This document shows, piece after piece, positions 42,593-53,289 of a stretch of 64,000 nt of DNA (the stretch's first letter is position 1; each line of letters opens with the position of its first letter). Made by a program: the position numbers and the translations under genes. Source of the stretch: Microcoleus sp. GTDB lineage: Bacteria; Cyanobacteriota; Cyanobacteriia; Cyanobacteriales; Microcoleaceae. The DNA lies in NCBI GenBank assembly GCA_052279835.1, contig CP181291.1, positions 3,680,001 through 3,744,000 of the forward strand, read 5' to 3'. The notes below the pieces were generated by a model, which was given only the letters and a program-made list of their open reading frames with translations, ran no database searches and was not told the DNA's origin.

Positions 42593-43057
42593 GTAGAGTT
42601 CGGTAATGAGGCGATCGACTTAACATAGCTGGTAAAAGTCCAATGGCGTTCCCCGATTTCTTCAAGAAGTCGGGGAACTTCTGTATCTTACCTAATAAGT
42701 GAGACCTTCCTGGACGCAAAAAACCCGGTTTTTGAGAAAAAATCGTCGCTCTCTCCTAGAGATATGAACGCAGAAACCGGGTTTTTGACCCTCCGTGTGT
42801 CCAGGGGACTGTGAGAATCCAAAAATATGTGGGTAGGTTAACTGAATCAGAGCCTTCTGGGTTCTGCCTTCTGACTTCTAACGTGTTTCTAAGCGGGAGA
42901 GTGTCAAAATGAAATATGGCTCCTAAGCTGTTAAAGATGCGAGGATTGTTTCAGTTTAGCTGTTGGCAGTTCCAGAATCTCAGCAAAAACAAATGTAGCC
43001 GATCGGGAGTAGCTCCTCACTGTCCCAAGCGCTCTATATGTAAGGAGGATTTGTATT

Positions 43058-43876
43058 ATGAAAGATGGACAAGAAGCACGCCGCGTACCCACAGCCGTGG
43101 TTGCCGGTGTTTGCGGGTTGGCTTTATTAACGGGAGGGAGCATTGCTTGGTGGACTGCCAACCGTTCCTCAACGTCAGCAGACACTCAGTCTACTGCTGG
43201 GACTACCTCTGGGGCACTTTCCCCCACTCCTGGGGAATCGCCTGCTGTAATTATCCCCGTACCTGCTCCAACTCCTGTTGATACACCCCAGGCTCAGACA
43301 CCAGCAGCTCAGACACCAGCAGCTCAGACGCCATCATATCCCACACCCCAGGCTCAGACGCCAGCAGCTCCAACACCCCAGGCTTTGACACCGCAGGTTA
43401 TTAAGCCACAACAGTCTCAGCCTAAGTCTGTGTCGCCGACGGCTACCCAGACAGTGCAAGTCTACTGGGTTAAAGATGGGGGAGGCAAGTTTGAGGCAGT
43501 TCCTAGCAAGGTAGCTCTCAAAGAAGTCGATCGACCTGATGCTGCCCTACAGGCTGCTTTTAACAGTTTGTTGGCTGGACCAAAGGATACAAAGGTTTTT
43601 AGCGAAATTCCCAAGGGGACAAAACTCAGGAGTTTGAGTGTCAATAATCAGGGAGTTTACGTCGATTTGTCTGCCGAATTTACTTCGGGAGGAGGCAGTA
43701 GTTCCATGAGCAGTCGGTTGGGGCAAGTGATCTATACGGCCACGAGTTTAAAACCGAATGCCAAAGTTTGGATTTCGGTGGAAGGTAAGCCTTTAGAGCT
43801 TTTGGGTGGCGAAGGGTTGGAGGTGGCTCAGCCGAGTACCCGTCAAACTTTCGATAAAAATTTTCCGGTGCCGTAA
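43058..43876 (+). CDS. GerMN-domain protein with Q/T/P/A-rich linker
   Basis: TM anchor, QTPAA repeats, IPKGTKL, VDLS.EF..GGGS, QVIYTAT. Confidence 0.88.
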   Translation: MKDGQEARRVPTAVVAGVCGLALLTGGSIAWWTANRSSTSADTQSTAGTTSGALSPTPGESPAVIIPVPAPTPVDTPQAQTPAAQTPAAQTPSYPTPQAQTPAAPTPQALTPQVIKPQQSQPKSVSPTATQTVQVYWVKDGGGKFEAVPSKVALKEVDRPDAALQAAFNSLLAGPKDTKVFSEIPKGTKLRSLSVNNQGVYVDLSAEFTSGGGSSSMSSRLGQVIYTATSLKPNAKVWISVEGKPLELLGGEGLEVAQPSTRQTFDKNFPVP

Positions 43877-43989
43877 TTTTTAGTCCTTCGTCATGAGTCA
43901 TTGGTCATGAGTCATTAGTCAGAAGGCGGGGAATAGGGACTGCTCGCTGATGGCTGATGACTTTTGACCCTGAGCCTGGGGATGAAAAA

Positions 43990-44343
43990 TTAGAGCTTGG
44001 TATTCAGACTCAAGGCTCTAAATTGTTGGGCTTGTTGTTCTACCCTAGTCGCAAGCCGATCGCACACCATAGTAGACAACTCGAAAATCAACTCATCCTC
44101 TACCTTGTAATAGGCTGAAGTTCCTTCACTCCTGCGAGTGAGGATACCAGCTTGGAGCATGAGTTTTAGGTGTTTAGAAACATTGGCTTGACTGGTTTGA
44201 GTAGCTTCAACCAACTCTTGCACGCATTTTTCGCCGTCGCGAAGCAAGTTCAAAATTCGCAAACGCATCGGCTCGCTCAAAATACTGAAATACTCAGCAA
44301 CTTGTGGCACAACCTCTTGAGGAACAGGCTGGGATGACTTCAT
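43990..44343 (-). CDS. ArsR/SmtB transcriptional regulator
   Basis: F..LSEPMRLRIL, CVQEL...SQANVSKHL; start MKSSQ. Confidence 0.88.
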   Translation of the reverse strand: MKSSQPVPQEVVPQVAEYFSILSEPMRLRILNLLRDGEKCVQELVEATQTSQANVSKHLKLMLQAGILTRRSEGTSAYYKVEDELIFELSTMVCDRLATRVEQQAQQFRALSLNTKL

Positions 44344-44412
44344 CAAGCTCACCTGGGAGAAGTGATCGGGAAATAGGAGGATTAATTCTGTATATAACAA
44401 TCAAGTAATCCT

Positions 44413-44967
44413 TCAATCCGGATTAATCCTCATCAAAACTTGACCGTACTCCACAGGTTCCCCATTTTGAACTAAGATTTCCATCACTTGACCCGATACC
44501 TCATCGGCATCGATTTCATTCATGAGCTTCATCGCTTCAATAATGCACACTGTCTGGCCCACCTTGATGCGATCGCCAAGCGCCACAAAAGGCGGTTCAT
44601 CGGGAGCAGCCGCGCGATAAAAAGTTCCTACCATCGGCGAAATAATTGACACCCATTTGGTATCCACAGGAGCAGGCACGGAGGCCAGCACGGGAGCAGG
44701 AGCCGAGGGTGCTGGGCTAGTGATATTTGCTGCTGAATTTTGGTCTAAAGCAGGAGGTGACGCTAAGGTGGGGCTAGCAAAAGTTTCTGCGATGGTCGCA
44801 AGAGGCGTAACTGCTGGATGACCAACAGCGACGGTTCTTGGTTCGTTGGCTTGAATGCCTTTGCGTACAGTCAGTTCAAGTTCTCCACTTTTTAACGTCA
44901 GCTCCGAAATGCCGGTTTGGTCTAAAACAGTTAGCAGTTCGCAGAGCTGGTTTAAGTCTAGTTGCAC
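44413..44967 (-). CDS. accB: Acetyl-CoA carboxylase biotin carboxyl carrier protein
   Basis: SPMVGTFY, IIEAMKLMNEI. Confidence 0.96.
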   Translation of the reverse strand: MQLDLNQLCELLTVLDQTGISELTLKSGELELTVRKGIQANEPRTVAVGHPAVTPLATIAETFASPTLASPPALDQNSAANITSPAPSAPAPVLASVPAPVDTKWVSIISPMVGTFYRAAAPDEPPFVALGDRIKVGQTVCIIEAMKLMNEIDADEVSGQVMEILVQNGEPVEYGQVLMRINPD

Positions 44968-45095
44968 AGCAGATTCAAGGGTAATTGATAATTGAGAATT
45001 GAAAATTGAAAATTGGGAATTGAAAATTGGACACCAGTGCGATCGAAAGCAGAGTTAGGGGGTTGAGGCTTCTGGCATCAACCCCAAAGCACCAT

Positions 45096-45656
45096 TTATG
45101 TCTCTCGCCCAAGATACTTGTCTTCGCGAGTATCGATCCGAATCCGTTCTCCAATGGAAATAAATAGAGGCACCATGATCTGAGCTCCGGTGGAGAGGAT
45201 GGCGGGTTTGCTACCGCCGGTGGCAGTATCTCCTTTAACTCCGGGATCGGTTTGGGTCACTTCTAAAACAACGGAGTTGGGCAGTTCTACTTCGAGGATT
45301 TGGTCGTTCCAGCGCAGGATGTTAACTTCCATCCCTTCATTGAGGTATTTGACCCGATCGCCTATTTCCTGGGAACTGAGGCGACTTTCCTCATAAGTTT
45401 CCATATCCATAAAGACGAACTGATCGCCCTCTTTATAGGTATATTGCATGGCGCTCTTTTCGAGGTTGGCTTGAGGCATAGTCTCCCCAGCCCGGAAGGT
45501 TCGTTCTACTACGTTACCGGTTTTGACATTTTTAAGTTTTGTCCGCACGAAAGCCGAGCCTTTTCCTGGCTTGACGTGGAGGAATTCAATTACCCGCCAC
45601 ACGCCGTCATTGACTACAATTGAAACACCTGGTCGAAAGTCGTTACTGGAAATCAT
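45096..45656 (-). CDS. efp: Elongation factor P
   Basis: [18 protein letters not shown]; start corrected to MISSNDF at 45656. Confidence 0.97.
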   Translation of the reverse strand: MISSNDFRPGVSIVVNDGVWRVIEFLHVKPGKGSAFVRTKLKNVKTGNVVERTFRAGETMPQANLEKSAMQYTYKEGDQFVFMDMETYEESRLSSQEIGDRVKYLNEGMEVNILRWNDQILEVELPNSVVLEVTQTDPGVKGDTATGGSKPAILSTGAQIMVPLFISIGERIRIDTREDKYLGRET

Positions 45657-45785
45657 ATAAATTTTTGCAGGCAATCCCGTCGCCCAAGGGCACGGGGGAA
45701 CTACTGTCAGCTTCAAACCGCAGTCTAGCTGACGGCATCAAAAAACAATTGGCATTTTATTTTACCGTTCAAAGGGAGCAAGTGC

Positions 45786-47036
45786 TTGACTAATCTGTTA
45801 ATCGTTGTGGCGAGTTGTCACTTGATTCTCCCTAGACGCAAGAACAGACACTTCAGCTTAGAGGGCGGACAGTGCTGTGGGAAGATGATAGAGACCATAA
45901 AAGTTAAAGTTATGTTGCATTGGTCTAATTTCTCGATCGATAGGTGCAAGCGCTGGCTCAAAACCACTGTCTTAGCACTCCTGCTATTCACTTTTTCCCT
46001 CAGCTTCAGTTCGGTATCCCATGCCAAACGCCCTAGCAGCAGTATGCCTGCGGGGAATGCGATTACCGATGGCCGGGCGCTGCTGCGCTACGCTCTACCT
46101 ATTGACAATCAGACGGTGCGAGAGTTGCAAATCAGTCTCGAAGACATCGGGAACCACATACGCTCTAAACGTTGGGGCCCAATTAGTAGCGATGTCAGCA
46201 AGGCTTCCAGAATTCTCAGCATTCGCGAGTCTGATATTTTAAAGAGTATTCCCGACGCGAAAAAGCCCGAAGCCGAAACTCTAGTGGCAAAAGTCAAAGA
46301 AGGAGTTTCGCAACTGTCTGAGGCTGTTGAGGCCAAAGACAGGGAAAAAGTGATTGACTTGAAAGCCAAAATACTCCGTTCGGTTGGTGACATCGAAGAG
46401 TTGATGGTGACCAAGTTTCCCTTTGAAGTTCCTTCAGAATATGCTAATTTGCCTCAACTGAAGGGTCGCGCTACGGTGGCTGTAGAAACCGAGAAGGGGA
46501 CAATTAATGTTGTGGTTGATGGTTACAGTGCGCCGGTGACTGCTGGTAATTTTGTAGATTTAGTCGATCGAGGTTTTTATGATGGTTTGCCATTTATTCG
46601 ATCGGAAGAATCCTACGTGCTACAAACAGGAGACCCTGAAGGTAAGGAAGTAGGTTTTATAGACCCAGCTACTGGTAAATACCGGAATATTCCACTCGAA
46701 GTCCTCGTCAGGGACGAAAAAGAACCCATCTACGGAATTACTTTAGAAGATGCGGGGCGTTATCGCGACGAACCTGTGTTACCTTTTTCTGCCTATGGTA
46801 CTGTGGCTATGGCTCGTGCGGAAGCTGAACCAGATAGCGCTTCTTCGCAGTTTTTCTTTTTCTTGTTTGAACCGGAACTGACCCCTGCTGGTCTGAATTT
46901 GTTGGACGGTCGGTATACTGTTTTTGGTTACATGATTGAGGGAAAAGAAGTTTTGGATCAACTGAAGCAGGGAGACAAGATTGTGTCTGCTAAGGTAATT
47001 AAAGGAATGGAAAATTTGTTGCGACCTCAAGTTTAA
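45786..47036 (+). CDS. Thylakoid cyclophilin-type PPIase (TLP40/CYP38-like)
   Basis: ALLRYALPI, DGYSAPVTAGNF, SSQFFF, LDGRY.VFGY; true start probably later (~45912). Confidence 0.9.
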   Translation: MTNLLIVVASCHLILPRRKNRHFSLEGGQCCGKMIETIKVKVMLHWSNFSIDRCKRWLKTTVLALLLFTFSLSFSSVSHAKRPSSSMPAGNAITDGRALLRYALPIDNQTVRELQISLEDIGNHIRSKRWGPISSDVSKASRILSIRESDILKSIPDAKKPEAETLVAKVKEGVSQLSEAVEAKDREKVIDLKAKILRSVGDIEELMVTKFPFEVPSEYANLPQLKGRATVAVETEKGTINVVVDGYSAPVTAGNFVDLVDRGFYDGLPFIRSEESYVLQTGDPEGKEVGFIDPATGKYRNIPLEVLVRDEKEPIYGITLEDAGRYRDEPVLPFSAYGTVAMARAEAEPDSASSQFFFFLFEPELTPAGLNLLDGRYTVFGYMIEGKEVLDQLKQGDKIVSAKVIKGMENLLRPQV

Positions 47037-47037
47037 T

Positions 47038-47160
47038 GGGAGCATCCCGATTTTGCATAGGCGAAGCATGACCGCCGACAATTTATTAGTGATAACCAGA
47101 GATTTACAGAGGTCATGCTTCGCCCCTACGAATATATTTGCCAAACACAGATGCACCCAG
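47038..47160. repeat. GGGAGCATC...GATGCACCC MITE-like repeat with nested GGCGAAGCATGACC/GGTCATGCTTCGCC hairpin
   Basis: Inverted termini and internal inverted repeat; partial copy at ~40851. Confidence 0.6.
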
Positions 47161-47310
47161 TTTAATCAATGACGGCGATTGCAATCGCTTTGACACAAAA
47201 GTGAAGACGCATTAAATCGCTTGTTATCAAACCAAGCCCGCCCAGGCGGGCTATAAGATGTAAATAATGTTTATATCTGGGTTATTGAAATTAGAAATTA
47301 GCGCAAAAAT

Positions 47311-47625
47311 ATGGCATTATTAGAATTTTTATTGGTAATTGGAATGGGTGGATTTGTAGGTTTATTACTGATTAATAATTTGAATGAAAACAAACAAAAA
47401 CGACGCTTAGATGAGGCTTTTTATCAGTTATTGGAAAATCAAAATAGTCAAATTTCGCTGATTCAATTGGCGGCTAGCGCTAGGGTGGAGGCTCAAGTTG
47501 CACAGCAATATTTAGATGCACAAGTTAAGATTTTTTCGGCGATTTTAGAAGTGGATGATGAAGGAGATACTTTTTACAGATTTCCTAGGTTGCGCTTGCC
47601 GCCGAGTTCGGTGAAGGAATGGTGA
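47311..47625 (+). CDS. Hypothetical membrane-anchored protein
   Basis: N-terminal TM; FYQLL...ISLIQLA...A..YL...F.A...V...G...Y.F. Confidence 0.7.
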   Translation: MALLEFLLVIGMGGFVGLLLINNLNENKQKRRLDEAFYQLLENQNSQISLIQLAASARVEAQVAQQYLDAQVKIFSAILEVDDEGDTFYRFPRLRLPPSSVKEW

Positions 47626-48699
47626 TTAGCGCAGTGAATAATTCCGTTCCCAAACTAACAACTCGCCGTTATTGCCACCTGCTGCGAGGAATTGACCTTG
47701 GGGATGCCAAGAAAGACAGGAAAAACCGGCATCGACACCCTCAAGAATTTGCAGCAATTCTTGTGCTTCGTACCACAAACAAAGTTGACTATCTTCCGAT
47801 GCAGAAGCTAATAACAATGTATTTGGTTGAAAGCCGATCGCCTGGACGACTTTTTCATGTACTTCTAATCCCCAAGCTTCCCAACCGACACTTTCATCAG
47901 CTTGTCTTTCCCACACAGAAATACCTTCTGAACTCGCAGCAGCTAATAAAGGATCGCCCAATGAATTAGTTCGATCGGACCAAGCCAAATGTCTAACTTT
48001 GCCGGGAAAACCCTGCATTACCCAAGGTTCCGAGTTACCCCATTCATTAACAATTAAGGTGTTATCCATATTGCCACAAGCTAGATATTTGCCGGAAGGG
48101 GACCAGGAAATTGCACCTGTTACGGATGGTACGGATAAGATATCTGGGTCATCATTCCAATCTGCCGCGTTCCAAACTTTTACACCTTGATAGCCGCTAA
48201 TTGCCAGATATTTATCAACAGGATGCCATGCTAAATCGAGGATTGAAGATGAATCAAAATTCAGGGTTACTTCTACTGTATTTTGATCGGCATTCCAAAC
48301 TTGAACTGAACGACCCATGCTGAAAGCTAATTGATGACCGTGAGGACTCCAAGCTAACTTATCAACCCAAACACGCTGGTTATCTAAACTAGCAATTAAT
48401 TTTCCAGAATTTACGTGCCAAATTAGCACTTTTCCATCTTGTCCGCCCGCAGCTAACAGTTGACTATCCGAAGAAAAAGACAAGCAATCTACTGATTTAC
48501 CAGTTGCAGTTTGCAGGGGTTCCAAGGAAAATTTATTGATTTTGCCGAGAATCCCTAACATAATTTCACCGGCGGCGGAACTGACTGCTAGAGTTTTGCC
48601 ATCGGGCGACCAAGTAACAGCAGTCACGTAGTCTGACAGCATTTCTTTGGCGTGAAATTTCAGGGTTAGTTCGCTTTTATTTTGGTCGTTGTTACCCAT
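47626..48699 (-). CDS. WD40-repeat protein (cobW-associated)
   Basis: Repeated WSP.G..LA..D motifs. Confidence 0.9.
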   Translation of the reverse strand: MGNNDQNKSELTLKFHAKEMLSDYVTAVTWSPDGKTLAVSSAAGEIMLGILGKINKFSLEPLQTATGKSVDCLSFSSDSQLLAAGGQDGKVLIWHVNSGKLIASLDNQRVWVDKLAWSPHGHQLAFSMGRSVQVWNADQNTVEVTLNFDSSSILDLAWHPVDKYLAISGYQGVKVWNAADWNDDPDILSVPSVTGAISWSPSGKYLACGNMDNTLIVNEWGNSEPWVMQGFPGKVRHLAWSDRTNSLGDPLLAAASSEGISVWERQADESVGWEAWGLEVHEKVVQAIGFQPNTLLLASASEDSQLCLWYEAQELLQILEGVDAGFSCLSWHPQGQFLAAGGNNGELLVWERNYSLR

Positions 48700-48783
48700 A
48701 TTTATTTAATCTGAGATGTTCCAGTATTCTCAATAACGGGCTTTCTGGCCCGTTCCACAACTGATGAATTCGGAAGGTGTCAG

Positions 48784-49755
48784 TTAAATCAGACACTGAC
48801 GAAAATCTGCTTTTAATTGAGTTTCATTTAAGTTGCGTCCAATGAATACGAGTTCGTTTTTCGGAGTTTCATTGGTTTTCCATGGTCTATCTGGTCTACC
48901 ATCAAATAGCATATGCACGCCTTGAAATACAAATCTCCTGTTTTCTCCAGCAATATTTAAAATACCTTTGGTCCGAAAGATATCCGGGCCTTTAGTCTGC
49001 AACAATTGGGAGATCCAGTCGCTAAATTTGTTGCCATCAACCGCGCCGGATTCTTGGATGGCGATGGAAGTTACTGTGTCGTCGTGTTCGTGTTCGTGTT
49101 CGCCTAAAAAATCTGGTTCAATTTCTAAGGCTCGATTCAAATCAAATGCTTTTACTCCTAACAATGCTGACATTTCTATTTCAGCATTGCGGGTGCGATG
49201 AATTTTTGCCATTGCATTCATGCTGCGAATCCGCGTTTCTAATTCTGCCAATTCTGCTGGGGTGACTAAATCTGTTTTGTTCAGCAAAATGACATCAGCA
49301 AAGGCAATTTGTTCTTGAGCTTCGTCGGAGTCCCAGTGCTGCCAGATGTGCTTGGCATCTACTACGGTGACAACGGCATCTAGCAGTAATTTATCGCGCA
49401 TATCTTCGTCTACGAAGAATGTCTGAATTACAGGTGCGGGGTCGGCTAAACCTGTGGTTTCGATGACTAGGTGGTCGAATTTGTCCCGGCGCTTCATGAG
49501 GTTGCCGATAATCCGAATTAAGTCGCCTCGGACTGTGCAGCAAATGCAGCCGTTGTTCATTTCAAAAATTTCTTCGTCGGCATCGATAATGAGTTGGTTG
49601 TCGATGCCTACTTCGCCAAATTCGTTGACGATGACTGCAACTTTTTTGCCGTGTTCGTGGGTTAAAATGCGGTTGAGTAGGGTGGTTTTGCCTGCACCTA
49701 GATAGCCTGTGAGAACTGTCACGGGAACTGATTCGATCGCAGCAGCAGTCACCAT
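48784..49755 (-). CDS. COG0523/CobW-family metallochaperone GTPase
   Basis: GYLGAGKTT, GCICC, ETTGLADP, HEHEHD. Confidence 0.92.
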   Translation of the reverse strand: MVTAAAIESVPVTVLTGYLGAGKTTLLNRILTHEHGKKVAVIVNEFGEVGIDNQLIIDADEEIFEMNNGCICCTVRGDLIRIIGNLMKRRDKFDHLVIETTGLADPAPVIQTFFVDEDMRDKLLLDAVVTVVDAKHIWQHWDSDEAQEQIAFADVILLNKTDLVTPAELAELETRIRSMNAMAKIHRTRNAEIEMSALLGVKAFDLNRALEIEPDFLGEHEHEHDDTVTSIAIQESGAVDGNKFSDWISQLLQTKGPDIFRTKGILNIAGENRRFVFQGVHMLFDGRPDRPWKTNETPKNELVFIGRNLNETQLKADFRQCLI

Positions 49756-49832
49756 ATTTTACCTCACTTGTTTTATGATACCTGTCATTGATATTTTACA
49801 CCAGACTTGTTGCTAGTAATAAAAATATTACG

Positions 49833-49999
49833 CATGGGGCTAGAAACCGGGTTTCTACGAGTTTTGCCTACAGGAATCAGAAATATAGCAAGAAACCCGG
49901 TTTCTGAAGTCAGCAGCCATGGGGCTAGAAACCGGGTTTCTGCGAGTTTTGCCCACAGGAACGAGAAATATAGCAAGAAACCCGGTTTCTGAAGTCAGC
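49833..49999. repeat. Two tandem ~85-bp copies of the AGAAACCGGGTTTCT...AGAAACCCGGTTTCT element
   Basis: Units start at CATGGGGCTAG, 49833 and 49918. Confidence 0.85.
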
Positions 50000-50007
50000 G
50001 TGGGTGA

Positions 50008-51042
50008 TTAATTGCTCATTATCGCTACAATGCGATCGCGATCGAGTTCTCTACCGATAAACACCAATTTAGTTTGGCGAAGTTCCGAAGGTGCCCAAGG
50101 GCGATCGTAAAAATGTTCGATGCGCGAGCCCACACCCTGCAACACCATCCTCATCGGCTTCTTGGGAACCGCCACAAACCCTTTAATCCGATAAATCTCT
50201 TGACTTTGCATCAACGATTGCAGTTTTTCGACCAAAGCTTCTGGTTCAAATTCGCGATCGGCAATAAAATAAGTTGAGGTAATATCATCATCATGGTCGT
50301 GTTCTTCCTCAGTGTCGTGATGGCTGGGACGAGACTCCAAATTATCCTCAACTGCCGCATTAAATCCCAATAACACATCAGGATTAATTTCGCCACCTTT
50401 GCAAGGTACAATTTTCACACTAGGACGTAATTCTTGCTGCAACCAAGTTTGGACTTTTTTCTGAGTTTCAACATCCACGCGATCGACCTTAGTCAAAAGT
50501 ACCATATCAGCACAAGCCAACTGGTCTTCAAACAATTCCTCGATCGGCGTCTCATGATCTAAACTATCATCAGCCTGTCGCTGCGCCATCAAAGCATCAA
50601 TATCGCCCACAAAATTACCACTAGCAAGGGCTTCGCAATCGACAACAGCTACGACACCATCTACGGTAGCACCAGTCCGAATTTCCGGCCAGCGAAAAGC
50701 TTGAATTAAAGGTTTAGGAAGTGCGAGTCCAGAAGTCTCAATCAATATGCAATCAATTTGTGCGCGACGCTTCAATAATTCTTGCATTGTGGGCAAAAAT
50801 TCCTCTTGAACCGTGCAGCAAAGACAGCCATTTGTCAATTCTAAAATATTGCTGCTGACATCTTCTTCTTCATCGCAAACTTGGCAGTCACGCAACAGTT
50901 CGCCGTCGATGCCGACTTCGCCAAATTCATTCACAATAACTGCGATGCGGCGGCCTTGATTATTTTGCAATAAGTGGCGAATGGCGGTGGTTTTGCCACT
51001 ACCGAGAAAGCCCGTAATGACTGTAACAGGAATTTTGTGCAT
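50008..51042 (-). CDS. cobW: Cobalamin biosynthesis protein CobW
   Basis: GFLGSGKTT, GCLCCTV, ETSGLALPKPL, DHETPIEELFEDQL. Confidence 0.92.
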   Translation of the reverse strand: MHKIPVTVITGFLGSGKTTAIRHLLQNNQGRRIAVIVNEFGEVGIDGELLRDCQVCDEEEDVSSNILELTNGCLCCTVQEEFLPTMQELLKRRAQIDCILIETSGLALPKPLIQAFRWPEIRTGATVDGVVAVVDCEALASGNFVGDIDALMAQRQADDSLDHETPIEELFEDQLACADMVLLTKVDRVDVETQKKVQTWLQQELRPSVKIVPCKGGEINPDVLLGFNAAVEDNLESRPSHHDTEEEHDHDDDITSTYFIADREFEPEALVEKLQSLMQSQEIYRIKGFVAVPKKPMRMVLQGVGSRIEHFYDRPWAPSELRQTKLVFIGRELDRDRIVAIMSN

Positions 51043-51075
51043 TAGTAATTTAGTTGTTGTTTTGTGATGGGATAT

Positions 51076-51197
51076 CTCGTTCCTAGGCTCTGCCTGGAAA
51101 TGTCGATCTAGAGGCTCTGCCTCGATCGAATAACTCGCGCTTTTAATACGAGGCAGAGCCTCTGGGTATGCGTTCCCAGGCAGAGCCTGGGAACGAG
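51076..51197. repeat. Inverted-repeat MITE-like element (CTCGTTCC.AGGCTCTGCCT...AGGCAGAGCCTGGGAACGAG)
   Basis: Long imperfect inverted repeats; half copy at 21528. Confidence 0.75.
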
Positions 51198-51219
51198 GAA
51201 CAAGGAAACGATGAATACT

Positions 51220-51630
51220 CTAATTATGCAGTGGTGGAATTTTAGCTATAACTCCTTTTTTCAAAGCTTGAGGACGTTCTGACCAAGGCAACAAACCATC
51301 GGGTTTAGCATAGTATTGACTCGCGCATTCCAGTACAGCCTCGACGCTTTCCGATTGATTGGGAGGTAAGTCACCAAACAGATAAGTGTACTTTCCAGCA
51401 GCAGCAAAAGACACAGCACAAGAGTGACTGCAAGCACTCATGCACTCAACTTCTTGAATGTCAAATTCATCCGAAAATTCCCAATCCTTAGCCAGTTGCG
51501 ACAAGTCTTCCAAGAATTGTTGGCCGCCACTTTTGCCTTCTCGCTTGCCGTTTTTCCAAACACTCGCGCAAGCAGTGCAAACAAGTAGACTGTGCTTGGT
51601 GCGTACAGTCTTATTAATTCCATTCATCAT
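51220..51630 (-). CDS. DUF1636 family metal-binding protein
   Basis: VC..C, VECMSAC...C.V....GK.TYLFGDL, W.ERP..L. Confidence 0.88.
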   Translation of the reverse strand: MMNGINKTVRTKHSLLVCTACASVWKNGKREGKSGGQQFLEDLSQLAKDWEFSDEFDIQEVECMSACSHSCAVSFAAAGKYTYLFGDLPPNQSESVEAVLECASQYYAKPDGLLPWSERPQALKKGVIAKIPPLHN

Positions 51631-51659
51631 CCGTACCTCGCAGATGCGTTCAAAAGTGA

Positions 51660-51790
<131 letters not shown>

Positions 51791-51949
51791 TTCACATCAT
51801 ACCGCATTTGTCGCCATTTTGGGAAAAACTTAAGTTGCTAAGGTGAACCGCTTAATATCTAGTAGCATAAATTTACAGCCAGTTATTAATAAAAACTTTA
51901 GTCTTAATTTTGCCATCTTTTAATGACTGAAGTCCTATATAATTGTAAG

Positions 51950-52175
51950 TACGATCGTCCGAGGATGTACTGTCACTGACCCAGGGCTGAAGCCACTGGG
52001 CTTGCAAGAGATGGACTAACCGCCTTTCAAATGTGGGACTAAAACAGTGTCTAGCCATTAACTGAACTGTCTGAGCGTGGTAGCTCGATAGACGTTAAGA
52101 ATGCCTCCCTAGTTTTCAACCTCTCTGACAGTCAGTGGCGAAGGGATATACACACTTCTAGCAATAGGAGATTTA
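51950..52175 (+). ncRNA. OMEGA (omega/HEARO-like) RNA with 5' guide from flanking DNA
   Basis: Structured ~200-nt non-coding leader of isrB with a GAATGCCTCCCTAGTT...CTCT...GGCGAAGGGA pattern; TATAAT at 51938-51943. Confidence 0.7.
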
Positions 52176-53289
52176 CGATCAAATGTTCGTACCAGTAGTT
52201 GACCAAAATAACTATCCTCTGATGCCAACCACCCCAAGTAGGGCAAGACGTTGGATTAAATCAGGCAAGGCTACACCATTTTTTAAAAAAGGAGTTTTTT
52301 GTGTTCGATTAAATCAAGAACCATCGAGGAGAAATATTCAACCAATTGCTGTTGGAATTGATCCAGGAAGCAAACGTGAAGGTTATACAGTAAAGTCAAA
52401 AGCACACACTTACCTAAACATCCAAGCTCACGCGGTTGATTGGGTAAAAGACCATGTAGAAGTTAGGCGCAATATGCGACGTGCCAGAAGATTTCGCAAT
52501 ACTCCGTGCCGTCAAAACCGGAAAAACCGACTGGTAAACCAACAAAAATTACCGCCATCGACTAAAGCTAGATGGCAATGGAAACTACGTATTTGCAAGT
52601 GGTTGACGCTGATGTTCCCTGTATCTACTTTTATGGTTGAAGACATAAAAGCAAAAACCTGGAAAGGTGCAAAAAAGTGGAATGTAATGTTTAGCCCATT
52701 AGAAGTTGGTAAAAAGTGGTTCTATTGCGAGCTAGAAAAACTTGCTAACTTAGAAACGAGGACAGGCAACGATACTTATTCTGGGCGTCAGGAGCTGGGT
52801 TTGAAAAAATCTAAAAACAAGCTATCTAACAAGTTTGAAGCACATTGTGTTGACTCTTGGGTGCTAGCAAACTGGTTTGTAGGTGGGCATAAAAAGCCAG
52901 ACAATATACAGCTAATTGAGGTGATCCCACTAGAGTTTCATCGCCGTCAGTTGCACCGATTACAGCACTCGGCTGGACATATTAGGTCTAGATATGGTGG
53001 AACAATTAGCGCAGGATTTAAGCGCGGTTCAGTAGTAAAACATCCTAAGCTTGGGTTTTGTTATGTGGGTGGTTGGCAAGAATCACCAACCAAAAAAGAC
53101 CCAAACCGAAAAACAATTAGCTTGCACAATCTAATCACAGGTAAGCGATTAACTCAAAATGCAATTCCTAAAGATTGTCAATTCAAAACTTACGGTTCAT
53201 GGAGGATATCCACGGCGACTAAAGTCGCTTGAGTCTTGTTTCCTCTCAGCGCTGAAGCGACTGAGTTTCCACACATCCCATGAGGTTTT
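51972..53289 (+). mobile_element. Non-autonomous IS200/IS605-family element carrying isrB
   Basis: 5' end GTCACTGACCCAGGGCTGAAGCCACTGGG hairpin; 3' end CTCAGCGCTGAAGCGACTGAGTTTCC hairpin; no tnpA; boundaries inferred. Confidence 0.8.
52183..53232 (+). CDS. isrB: IsrB RNA-guided nickase (IscB-like, no HNH)
   Basis: PLMP motif, RuvC-I GIDPG, Arg-rich bridge helix RRNMRRARR, RuvC-II VEDI, RuvC-III HCVDS; 349 aa, no HNH or Zn-finger. Confidence 0.85.
   Translation: MFVPVVDQNNYPLMPTTPSRARRWIKSGKATPFFKKGVFCVRLNQEPSRRNIQPIAVGIDPGSKREGYTVKSKAHTYLNIQAHAVDWVKDHVEVRRNMRRARRFRNTPCRQNRKNRLVNQQKLPPSTKARWQWKLRICKWLTLMFPVSTFMVEDIKAKTWKGAKKWNVMFSPLEVGKKWFYCELEKLANLETRTGNDTYSGRQELGLKKSKNKLSNKFEAHCVDSWVLANWFVGGHKKPDNIQLIEVIPLEFHRRQLHRLQHSAGHIRSRYGGTISAGFKRGSVVKHPKLGFCYVGGWQESPTKKDPNRKTISLHNLITGKRLTQNAIPKDCQFKTYGSWRISTATKVA

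Noticed and set aside
49833..49999. Possible mini-CRISPR or ORFs 49785-49976 and 49807-49992
   Set aside because: Two near-identical copies of a dispersed palindromic repeat; the ORFs are repeat translations (ETGFL/RNPVS).
52183..53232. IscB or Cas9 call
   Set aside because: No HNH or Zn-finger between RuvC-II and RuvC-III, only 349 aa and no array; fits IsrB.
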